Notes under the pieces: generated by a model
The model's input: only the letters and a program-made list of their open reading frames with translations
Databases searched by the model: none
Told to the model about the DNA's origin: nothing
DNA from: Turneriella sp.
Lineage (GTDB): Bacteria; Spirochaetota; Leptospiria; Turneriellales; Turneriellaceae
NCBI GenBank assembly: GCA_965279515.1
Contig: CBDIID010000003.1
Span: 2,112,001 to 2,176,000 of the forward strand
Direction: 5' to 3'
DNA length: 64,000 nucleotides
Program-made: the position numbers and the translations under genes
Part shown: piece after piece, positions 49,488-57,696 of the stretch
Numbering within the stretch: position 1 is the first letter of the stretch
Layout of the letters: each line of letters begins with the position of its first letter

Positions 49488-51021
49488 TCAGCCGTTACAG
49501 TTATCGGCAGATCGCCCGGAAGACCGGCGTCCGGTTTGGCAGTTCGCCGTGCCGGCAGTTGTCGCCATAAGCATCATTGCTGGGGTCTTCATGCTGATGC
49601 GGGCAATTGCCGAAATACGTTTTCTCGAACTGGGCAGAAAACTCACAGAGCTGACTGGAAAACGTGAGGATATCCGAAACCTTAACATCTTAAAGCGCCT
49701 GCGACTCAACCAGGGCGGCTATAAAGATCAGGGTGATGAAAAAAAATTCGCGGAGGAGCGAAACCTGGCGATTGCTCTGGCGGTAACGCCAGATTCCACA
49801 GGGGGGAACAACGGAGAAGTGATCGCCCTGGGCGTCGTAAATTCCCTGAACCATATTCTTGGGCTACCTTTAGTCTATCTCTCGAAACCGTCAGCCGAAG
49901 AACGCCTCGCCGAAAACGCGTTTTTTTACGAAAAGCAGCGGAATTTCGCTAAGGCGCATGCCCTTTATGAACTGCTGACTGCCCGAAACCTGAGAGCCGA
50001 CCAGCTCGATTATGTGCTTACCCATAAGAGTTTCTGCGCAGCCATGATGGGAAAATATGCGACCGGCATTGCCGATCTCGAAAAACTAATGCAGACCTCA
50101 AAGAACCAGGCAAATATTGCTTTGGCTTCGGAGATGCTGTTGATTATCCGCGGTCAGGCCGATAAGACCAGACAAATCGACACCCATGCCAGCTTAAATG
50201 CCAAGGCCGAATATTATCACCGAATTGGCGCCTTTGCCGAGGCCGCGCGGGTTATCGCCGAAATTCCTGAAGCAGGCCGCGATTCCCGTGTGCTGTTCCT
50301 GTACGGCCGCGCTCTCGAAGAGACGGGACAGGCCCGTGAAGCCGCAATCAATTATCGTACCGCAATCCAAAAAGACGCATCCTCTGCAAACGCAATCCAG
50401 GCGAACCGCCGGTTATATGCACTGGGCGCATTTTACGGCCAGGGAAAGGCCTTGCGCGAAGAAGCTAAGGAAAACTCAAAAAACATAACTCTCGACACGC
50501 AGTTTTTCAAATCAGCTCAGGCATCGGAAAGCCTGATCAGTTCCCTCGACAAAGATATGGCAATGGAGACCGAAAAATCGCTTGCCTTCGAAAAAGACCA
50601 GGGTATTGAGCAAGCAAAACCCGGCCCTACGGTAGAAACTCCTGCGGCTAAGAACGAACCAATGAAACCGACGCTTCCGGCGCGCCCCCCTGCGCAGCAG
50701 ATAATGAATCGCAAACCCCAGACGATAGTCCAGGCAGACGTACCCGTAAAGGCACCGGTCGAAGACCTTACGAATCTCCGGGACATGGCGACTGCACAGC
50801 GTGCTGAGAAACTGACTCGGTTGGAGAAAAAGGCACTGCTCGCAAAGCGCTACCGTCAAATTGACCGCCTTCTGACCGATGACGGGAATGAATTTTTCGG
50901 TATTATTTTTGCAGAGAACAAGAACAAGATTTCTATTTTCACAATCATGGGCAACCTTGAAATAAATAAAGAGGACATCACCGAACGTAACAAAGCACCG
51001 ATCAAATCTATTATGCAATAA
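49480..51021 (+). CDS. Membrane-anchored TPR protein with Pro-rich linker and C-terminal Sm-like module
   Basis: One TM; TPR-like LFLYGRALEETGQ..EAA..Y; PTLPARPP linker; TTG start overlaps the upstream gene. Confidence 0.7.
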   Translation: MPDQPLQLSADRPEDRRPVWQFAVPAVVAISIIAGVFMLMRAIAEIRFLELGRKLTELTGKREDIRNLNILKRLRLNQGGYKDQGDEKKFAEERNLAIALAVTPDSTGGNNGEVIALGVVNSLNHILGLPLVYLSKPSAEERLAENAFFYEKQRNFAKAHALYELLTARNLRADQLDYVLTHKSFCAAMMGKYATGIADLEKLMQTSKNQANIALASEMLLIIRGQADKTRQIDTHASLNAKAEYYHRIGAFAEAARVIAEIPEAGRDSRVLFLYGRALEETGQAREAAINYRTAIQKDASSANAIQANRRLYALGAFYGQGKALREEAKENSKNITLDTQFFKSAQASESLISSLDKDMAMETEKSLAFEKDQGIEQAKPGPTVETPAAKNEPMKPTLPARPPAQQIMNRKPQTIVQADVPVKAPVEDLTNLRDMATAQRAEKLTRLEKKALLAKRYRQIDRLLTDDGNEFFGIIFAENKNKISIFTIMGNLEINKEDITERNKAPIKSIMQ

Positions 51022-51788
51022 TGCTTAGAATCACCGCGCGACTGTTTTGGCTGGCATCATTATTGATTCCGTTTGCGGCCGCTTTTTCCCAATCTGAAAA
51101 GAGATTTGATTTTTTTTGCCTCGATGGGCAGCACGTACGAAACGCGGAGATCGATCATGAAACAGAACAGGGTTTTTATGTCAGGCTTCCCTACCTTAAG
51201 GATCTCATTTTTGTTGATCGCGATAACCTAAGTGAACCCCCGGTACCCATCCAGAATAAGAAGAAAGACGAAAAACAGCCGGCACCAGCGACCAAACGAC
51301 CTTTGGGCAAATGGAAGTTTGGGCTTGTCGGTAACTATACATACTCTTCGCTCATGATATCACCCCTGGGAGAAATTTTTACGCCAACGAGTGTGTTTTC
51401 AGCAGGCACCTTCGTTGTCTTACCCCGCCCATGGTTGTATTTTATCGATGGGTTTCATGCATTCGGGTCGTATCAGCGCTATGTCAATGAGCCCCGTTAT
51501 ATTGAGATCATCGGCGGTTACGTGGGAACGCGGCTTGCCTGGTGGAACTTTGAGCGATTCTCCCTGAAGATTATTACCGAATTATCCGTCGGCATGGCGA
51601 GCGTCGATATGAAAGGTTTTACTTTTACGAAAAAAAATCTTTCCGCGATGGTAAACGGAATGACCGGCATATCATTTAATCCCGGAGCTTTTTATCTTTC
51701 CGCCGGCGTCGCGGTCGACTATGTCCAGGATTCCGACGTCATGTTCTCCCCGCTGGGCGTCACGTTGCGTGTGGGCTTCACTTTTTGA
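51021..51788 (+). CDS. Small outer-membrane beta-barrel with N-terminal periplasmic module
   Basis: Signal peptide, alternating aromatic beta-strands, C-terminal beta-signal LRVGFTF; TAATG coupling to the upstream gene. Confidence 0.7.
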   Translation: MLRITARLFWLASLLIPFAAAFSQSEKRFDFFCLDGQHVRNAEIDHETEQGFYVRLPYLKDLIFVDRDNLSEPPVPIQNKKKDEKQPAPATKRPLGKWKFGLVGNYTYSSLMISPLGEIFTPTSVFSAGTFVVLPRPWLYFIDGFHAFGSYQRYVNEPRYIEIIGGYVGTRLAWWNFERFSLKIITELSVGMASVDMKGFTFTKKNLSAMVNGMTGISFNPGAFYLSAGVAVDYVQDSDVMFSPLGVTLRVGFTF

Positions 51789-51860
51789 CGGTTTGACAAT
51801 GATTGTTGGATTCATACAAGACAGAATATTTTCATTCACAGGTTGCATTTCCACATTTGC

Positions 51861-51887
51861 TGTAACGATACTCGGTAGAGTTTGGTG
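51861..51887 (+). promoter_or_regulatory. Candidate ECF-sigma promoter TGTAACG-N16-GGTG
   Basis: CTGTAACGATAC is 11/12 identical to CTGTCACGATAC at 43038-43049. Confidence 0.4.
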
Positions 51888-51905
51888 TACGCAATCGGAG
51901 GTAGC

Positions 51906-54047
51906 ATGAGAAGAATCGGTTTCTTAAACAGCCAATACACAGGCTTCAGCGGCTCGCTATTTCTGGTCTTGATACTTTCAACCGCTCAGTGCACAAGGGG
52001 ATTGGCAGGCTTCATGGGCGAGAGTGATCCGAATTTAGCGCGTATCCGCATGCTCAATAATGCTCCGGTCTATCTGTCGACCATGCCCGGCGCCGTAGAC
52101 AGCGTTGAGCTGCAATGGGAAGCAACGCAGAGTGGAATTTTTAGCGTCTACCTGAATGGCAGCTGTTCAGCGGGGACTCCCTTACCGGTTGCCGGCAGTG
52201 GATATATTGAAGCAGGTACAAAAGCAAAAATCCCCCTGCACGCTGCGGACCTCGATATTGGCAACAATACCTTAACCATTTGCCTGACGGTCGACAAAAC
52301 AAGCGTCGTGAAGGCGGTATCCCATATCGTCGTACGCGATGACGTACCACCGGTTTCCACGGCATTCCCGGGCAGCGGAGCTTTTGCAGAAATGCCGGCA
52401 GTCACGCTGAACTGCTCCGATAACTGCTTAAAGTTAATATATACCCTGGATAATTCTGACCCCGATATTGCCGCGGATGGACGGATCCTGAACGGATTTG
52501 TTTACTCGAATGCGATACAATTGCCATCCGCAACTACTAACCTCAAGGTGCTGGCAGTGGATAAAGCCGGCAACCGGGAAGCGGTGATACGCACCGAAGC
52601 ATACCAACAGGATTTCGTGCCCAACCTTGCCATCACGAACGTCACGCGCTCAAAAATGAGCGTTAACGGTTATTCTTCTTCGCAGATTGATTTCACAACC
52701 GACCGCCCGGGGCTACCTTATACACTACGATTGGATACTACAGACTGTAGCTCCGGCACGATCATAACCTCGGGCACGACTACCGCAACGACGAGTCTCG
52801 TTTTCACGGCCGCGAATTTGACGAGCGTTGGCACCCACACCCTGCGCATCTGCGGTCAAAGTTTACTCGGCAACTTCGGCGCAATCAGCACCACAATAGA
52901 CCGTTCTGATGCCGCGCCCACTGCCAGTATAACACCCGCGGTTTCCAATCACACAGTCTCTGTACCCGCGCCTGTGATATCCTGTACACCAGCGGCCGGA
53001 GCTGTCATCGCTTATACAATTAACGGCGCCACACCGGTCATCGCTGCAGATGGCACCATCACCACCGGAACGGCATATGCCGGGCCCTTAACTCTCCAGG
53101 ACCAGCTGCAAAGTATTGTGCGGGCAAGATGCCGGGATGCCTACGGCAATCTGAGCGCTTTGAAATCCCAAATCTATAATGTCGATACGGATAATGGCAT
53201 CGTCCTGACCCTGTCGGCAACCAAGACCTTGGCCGCCGGCACCACATCCCTGGTTTTCGACTACACTTCAACGCGAAATAATATTCCAGGCAGGATACAG
53301 GCCGACACGGTAACAACTTGTTTCGGGGGAACGACCTTGTCATCGCCAACCGGAAACCTAAGTGCCCTGGTTTCAAGTTTGGTTTCAACAGATAACACAA
53401 CGGTTGGTTTCAGACTGGCGGCGCGAAAAGTTTCGGGGGATTGCGTATTTTCAAACTCCATAGCCATCACCAGGGACGATTCACCGGCGGTGATTACGTC
53501 AAATCTTGCCTCTGGGCCTTATATGGGCGCTCAATCGGTCACGCTGGTTTGCGCAGACAATTGTACCAATATGGCATACACCGTCGATGGTTCGGCACCG
53601 GATATCAATCCTGATGGCACGATCAATCACGGCATGCAATACTTATCCCCCATTGCCATACCATCGGCCTCATTATTAACACTTCGGGTTGCTGCATCAG
53701 ATCAGGCGCAAAGAGTTTCAACCGCGACGTTTGATTATTCGACAGATGCACCGCAACCCGTCCCCATCAGCACGATTTCGTTAGATACTACATCGCTCTC
53801 ATCGGCCACACAAACGGCAACGTGGGTTTGGAATGCCGGGGCGGCAGGGTTGTTTTGGACGACAAGGAAAGCGTCATCCAACTGTTCTGATGGCACTGTT
53901 TTGCAATCTGGTGTGACCAATATCGGAGATACGACAATTAACGTATTCTGGCAATCGGGGTTCACGGGAATTTTGTCGATTCGATTATGCGTTACCAACG
54001 GTACTGCAACCGAATTTGTCATACAAGGATTTTCGAATTCGCCTTGA
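51906..54047 (+). CDS. Surface lipoprotein, paralogue of 40371..42914
   Basis: GGAGGT RBS; LILSTAQ-C; N-terminus C.RG...F.GESDP..AR matches C.KG...F.NETDP..AR; same stalk modules. Confidence 0.85.
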   Translation: MRRIGFLNSQYTGFSGSLFLVLILSTAQCTRGLAGFMGESDPNLARIRMLNNAPVYLSTMPGAVDSVELQWEATQSGIFSVYLNGSCSAGTPLPVAGSGYIEAGTKAKIPLHAADLDIGNNTLTICLTVDKTSVVKAVSHIVVRDDVPPVSTAFPGSGAFAEMPAVTLNCSDNCLKLIYTLDNSDPDIAADGRILNGFVYSNAIQLPSATTNLKVLAVDKAGNREAVIRTEAYQQDFVPNLAITNVTRSKMSVNGYSSSQIDFTTDRPGLPYTLRLDTTDCSSGTIITSGTTTATTSLVFTAANLTSVGTHTLRICGQSLLGNFGAISTTIDRSDAAPTASITPAVSNHTVSVPAPVISCTPAAGAVIAYTINGATPVIAADGTITTGTAYAGPLTLQDQLQSIVRARCRDAYGNLSALKSQIYNVDTDNGIVLTLSATKTLAAGTTSLVFDYTSTRNNIPGRIQADTVTTCFGGTTLSSPTGNLSALVSSLVSTDNTTVGFRLAARKVSGDCVFSNSIAITRDDSPAVITSNLASGPYMGAQSVTLVCADNCTNMAYTVDGSAPDINPDGTINHGMQYLSPIAIPSASLLTLRVAASDQAQRVSTATFDYSTDAPQPVPISTISLDTTSLSSATQTATWVWNAGAAGLFWTTRKASSNCSDGTVLQSGVTNIGDTTINVFWQSGFTGILSIRLCVTNGTATEFVIQGFSNSP

Positions 54048-54095
54048 GTGCACCTGCCCAGTATATCTGCAAATTAGCATAGAGGATGGACGAAG

Positions 54096-55265
54096 TTGGT
54101 ATTTTGTAGAGACGGCCGTTCTCATCTTCGGTTCGGCCTTCTTGCCCTGTTAGCTTGTTGCGGCTTCTCTTGCCAAAGTTGGAATTCTTTTTGGGCTAAA
54201 TCGGAAGCTGACGCAACCGCTGGGCATTCAGCCAAGGGAACAGTGCAGCCGCGGCGACACCTCATCGTTACCGCCGGCACGGCGCAGACAGGCATTTTCA
54301 GCGAAGAATCCGCGACGATAATTGCTGGCCCTCAACTCACCTCGGCTGCCGGAACCGGGGTACAATTATGGAATATACCGCTGGGGCCGCAGCAGGGTAA
54401 GACACTGGTAGTGCACGGCGACGGTACCGGCACCACAACTTTATTCGACCCGGCGACAAATACGATGTCGATTGGTCCCGTGCTGTCGGGTTTTGCAGGT
54501 GCCAATGCGCTGGCTTTTGATTCCGTTATCGGAAATCGCTGGATGGTGCTGCACGGCAACGGGAACAATAGTGCCTCACTCTATGATTCCGCCACGGATA
54601 CTTTTTTTAGCAGCACTGCGTCGCAACAAACCCTGTCGACAAATCCGCATGCCAGTTATGTTGCATCAGGGCCACGAACCGGAACGCATTTGGTGCTGTA
54701 TGGTTCGGGGAGCTCCCTCACCAGCTATGCAGATACCGCTTTATTAGTTTATGCTACCGGCCCGGCGCTACCCTCGCCTTTAGGGACGAACAGCGTGGCC
54801 TTCACTTTCAGTGAAGGCGCCTTGGCAGGGAAGACGCGCATTCTTGCTGGTGACGGTACGGCCAATGTTTTTGAGTTCGACCCGTTTATTGCAGTGCCCG
54901 CCATTACAACTGCACTGGCGACTGGCTTTACAGTTTCTACCGGGGCTTTCGCCTTTCGCATCCGCGCCGGCGCAAGCAAGGGCGGCTTTGTCGTCATGCA
55001 GGGTGGCAGCTCACCGAATGCACGCATCATGTTGCCAGATGGGTCATGGTACACTACGTTTGCGGCCTCTTATACAACGAGCGCGGGAGCAAACGCGATA
55101 GAAGTAGACGCGGGCCCCTTGGCCGGAAAAACATTGCTGACAACAGGGGCTTCTTTCAATTTAACCCACTCTTTCGATCCTGAGACTTCAAGCTTCGCAG
55201 CTGCTGCCGGGCCTGTACTCCCTTTTAATTTGGGCACGGTGACTCGCAGCATTGCGGTCAATTAG
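54096..55265 (+). CDS. Kelch-like beta-propeller lipoprotein
   Basis: Lipobox GFS-C; repeats GP.L....G......G...GK.L..HG.G...T..FDP.T. Confidence 0.7.
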   Translation: MVFCRDGRSHLRFGLLALLACCGFSCQSWNSFWAKSEADATAGHSAKGTVQPRRHLIVTAGTAQTGIFSEESATIIAGPQLTSAAGTGVQLWNIPLGPQQGKTLVVHGDGTGTTTLFDPATNTMSIGPVLSGFAGANALAFDSVIGNRWMVLHGNGNNSASLYDSATDTFFSSTASQQTLSTNPHASYVASGPRTGTHLVLYGSGSSLTSYADTALLVYATGPALPSPLGTNSVAFTFSEGALAGKTRILAGDGTANVFEFDPFIAVPAITTALATGFTVSTGAFAFRIRAGASKGGFVVMQGGSSPNARIMLPDGSWYTTFAASYTTSAGANAIEVDAGPLAGKTLLTTGASFNLTHSFDPETSSFAAAAGPVLPFNLGTVTRSIAVN

Positions 55266-55364
55266 GGTCTGGAAGACGGGTTCTCGAGGATCGCAGCAGG
55301 GTGAAAAAACAACCGGCACACCCAAAAAACCTTTACCGCAGCCCTAGGTCTGGCCGGATTTGCC

Positions 55365-55640
55365 ATGGTCTTTTTTTCCGTCCTGTTTCTGGTTCTTGGT
55401 ATCTGGCTGGTGATCCTCTCGGGACGGCTTTCAGGTAAGGCAATCGAAATGGAAAATTTTCTCGTCGATGTCTCGCTGACGCGCATCCTGAAGTATATAT
55501 TTACACACAATCCGTTTACCGGCTACAAACAAAATATCCGTATTCTGATTTATGGCGTCGGCGGCCTGCTGACGATGCTCGCCGGTGTTGCAACCTTAGC
55601 GTATTTTCTGCTGACGCTTTCAGCACCAACGCCACGCTAA
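55365..55640 (+). CDS. Small 2-TM hypothetical protein
   Basis: 91-aa ORF with two hydrophobic segments. Confidence 0.55.
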   Translation: MVFFSVLFLVLGIWLVILSGRLSGKAIEMENFLVDVSLTRILKYIFTHNPFTGYKQNIRILIYGVGGLLTMLAGVATLAYFLLTLSAPTPR

Positions 55641-55672
55641 AGATATTCCATGCCGGACTTTTCGTCACAGAA

Positions 55673-56431
55673 TTACATCTGAGATTTCATCTTGATTTTT
55701 GCCAGATAGGCTTTGTAGTTCTTGTCGGTGCCGAGCAGCCAATCCCAAAAACGAAACATACCTAGATTGTTGAGACCTGAGCGCGCATGATGAAAGTCGT
55801 GTCGCAGGGAGTGCTCGCTGCCGAACGGCGACGGAAAACGATAGCCGCAATGCTCGTCGAGAACCTCCCACGTGCGGAAGAAAAGAAACACGCACGTAGA
55901 TACGAGGTCGAGGCCCAGAATCACAATGGGGGTAAGTGTGCAGAGCGTTGAAATGACTTGCTCGACGGGATGGTTGTACTCGCTGGTGAGACCGACGCAG
56001 TCATTAGTGAAGAGGTGATGCTTCTTGTGAATGGGTTTATAGAACAGGCGCAGATGCAACATGCGGTGCGTCCAATAGTTGAAGATATCGTTTAGAATAA
56101 AAGCGACGACCGTCGCTGTCGCTACGTAGAGTGCGGCAAGCGCGGGATTCGCCACGGGTGGAAAATATTGCATTCCCCGCCACATGCAAATCGGGTAGAG
56201 TAAAAACCATGTCGCCAGCGGCTGCGTGACTAATGATGCGATTAACAGGTCTCTGAGCGCACCGACCGTTAGCGAACGCGGCGGAATATTTCTCTCTTTA
56301 TAAAGGCGACGCTCAGGGAAAAGATTGAACCGATAAACCGCGGCGAGAAAAAGATTACCGAATAAACTCATTACATGGTGCGCACCGACCACGGCAATTG
56401 TAAAGGTCAACGGATCTATCGGTTTATGCAT
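55673..56431 (-). CDS. Sterol desaturase / fatty-acid hydroxylase family (ERG25-like His boxes)
   Basis: YWTHRMLH, IHKKHH, EY.HPVE, DEHCGY, HDFHH, WDWLLGT. Confidence 0.9.
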   Translation of the reverse strand: MHKPIDPLTFTIAVVGAHHVMSLFGNLFLAAVYRFNLFPERRLYKERNIPPRSLTVGALRDLLIASLVTQPLATWFLLYPICMWRGMQYFPPVANPALAALYVATATVVAFILNDIFNYWTHRMLHLRLFYKPIHKKHHLFTNDCVGLTSEYNHPVEQVISTLCTLTPIVILGLDLVSTCVFLFFRTWEVLDEHCGYRFPSPFGSEHSLRHDFHHARSGLNNLGMFRFWDWLLGTDKNYKAYLAKIKMKSQM

Positions 56432-56483
56432 ACCCGTCGCGTTGCGGAGACAATGTTTGCCGTAAACTGCAAATTTTTCTGCC

Positions 56484-56942
56484 TTACAAACTCAGTATCT
56501 TCCGGTACTGAATAAACCCCGAGCGCGCGGCGATTTTTTCATACAGTTTCTGCGCTGTCGTATTGGTTTCATGCGTCAGCCAGTGCACACGCGATGCGCC
56601 GTCGGCTTTTGCGCGCGCATAGACGGCTTCGATGAGCGCGGTACCAATACCCTGCCCGCGCGCCCCGGCGGCGGTGAAGAGATCTTGCAGGTAACAATAG
56701 TTGCCCTCTGTCCAGCAGGAACGGTGGTAGATGATGTGCGCGATACCAGTGAGCTTGCCATCCAGAAAGGCGCCCAAGACGAACATGGGTTCGCTTGCAT
56801 CCGTAAGGCGCTGCCACGTGGTGCGTGTCGTCGCTTCGCTGAGAGTGCTTTTGTAAAATTCGAGGTAGCCCAACCACAGCGGTAGCCACGCTTCGAAATT
56901 TTCGGCGCGCAGTTCCCGGACAACGATTGTATTTTGACTCAG
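56484..56942 (-). CDS. GNAT family N-acetyltransferase
   Basis: CYLQDLF....RGQG.G..LI..V, WLTHETN..A..LY. Frame extends upstream to CTG 56942 (LSQNTIVVRELRAENFEAWLPLWLGYLEFY). Confidence 0.88.
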   Translation of the reverse strand: MSQNTIVVRELRAENFEAWLPLWLGYLEFYKSTLSEATTRTTWQRLTDASEPMFVLGAFLDGKLTGIAHIIYHRSCWTEGNYCYLQDLFTAAGARGQGIGTALIEAVYARAKADGASRVHWLTHETNTTAQKLYEKIAARSGFIQYRKILSL

Positions 56943-57595
56943 GGGTTAATCCAACCGAAATAGATGGAAACCGGCATCATCGCGAAAACGAGCGGCACGA
57001 CAATTGCAAAGGCGGCGCCCGCAAGCCTTATCGGTTTGTTATACCTCAGGTGGTTGATGCCGAGGCTCTGGAAGGCGCTGCGAAAGCCGTGCAGTAAATG
57101 CCAGGCCAGTGAGAAACAACCCGCGAGGTAGAGGCCGACGATCCATTCTGTTTTGAAAGTCGCAAACATCATGCGGTAGAGGTTGAGCTCATGTCCCGTG
57201 ACAAACTGGTTGGTGCGGTTGGGGATCCAAAAATGCGACGTGTGCATAATGAGAAAAAGCAGGATTAACGTACCGAGCAGCGCCATGCTGCGCGAATACC
57301 AGGTTGAATTTGCCGACGCCTTGTTCGCGGCATAACCCACCGGGCGCGCCGCGCGGTTCTGTTTCCAGAGCAACAGGCCATCGACGATGTGGATCAAAAA
57401 ACCCAGCACAAGACCGATTTCCAGAGTACGGATGATAGGGTTCGTCCCCATAAAATGCGCCCAGTGACCGAATGTCACGCCGCCGTCGTTGTACCAGATC
57501 ATGGCATTGATGCCGGCATGAATCACGAGAAAGCTGATGAGGAATAATCCCGTTGCGGCCATGATGTATTTGCGGCCCAGTGAACTTTTGAACAT
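56939..57595 (-). CDS. sdhC: Succinate dehydrogenase/fumarate reductase cytochrome b558 subunit
   Basis: SSLGRK.IMA.TGL....FL..H, H, SRSM...G.....FL..H, HL.HG..SAFQSLG (four heme His). Confidence 0.9.
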   Translation of the reverse strand: MFKSSLGRKYIMAATGLFLISFLVIHAGINAMIWYNDGGVTFGHWAHFMGTNPIIRTLEIGLVLGFLIHIVDGLLLWKQNRAARPVGYAANKASANSTWYSRSMALLGTLILLFLIMHTSHFWIPNRTNQFVTGHELNLYRMMFATFKTEWIVGLYLAGCFSLAWHLLHGFRSAFQSLGINHLRYNKPIRLAGAAFAIVVPLVFAMMPVSIYFGWINP

Positions 57596-57696
57596 AAGAC
57601 AAGATACCCGGGCGAAGTTAGGCGGTAAATTATTCTTGGCAAGTGCCTGAAAAATCATATCCACCTACAGGAGATCTCATTTACCTGCGAAAAACA

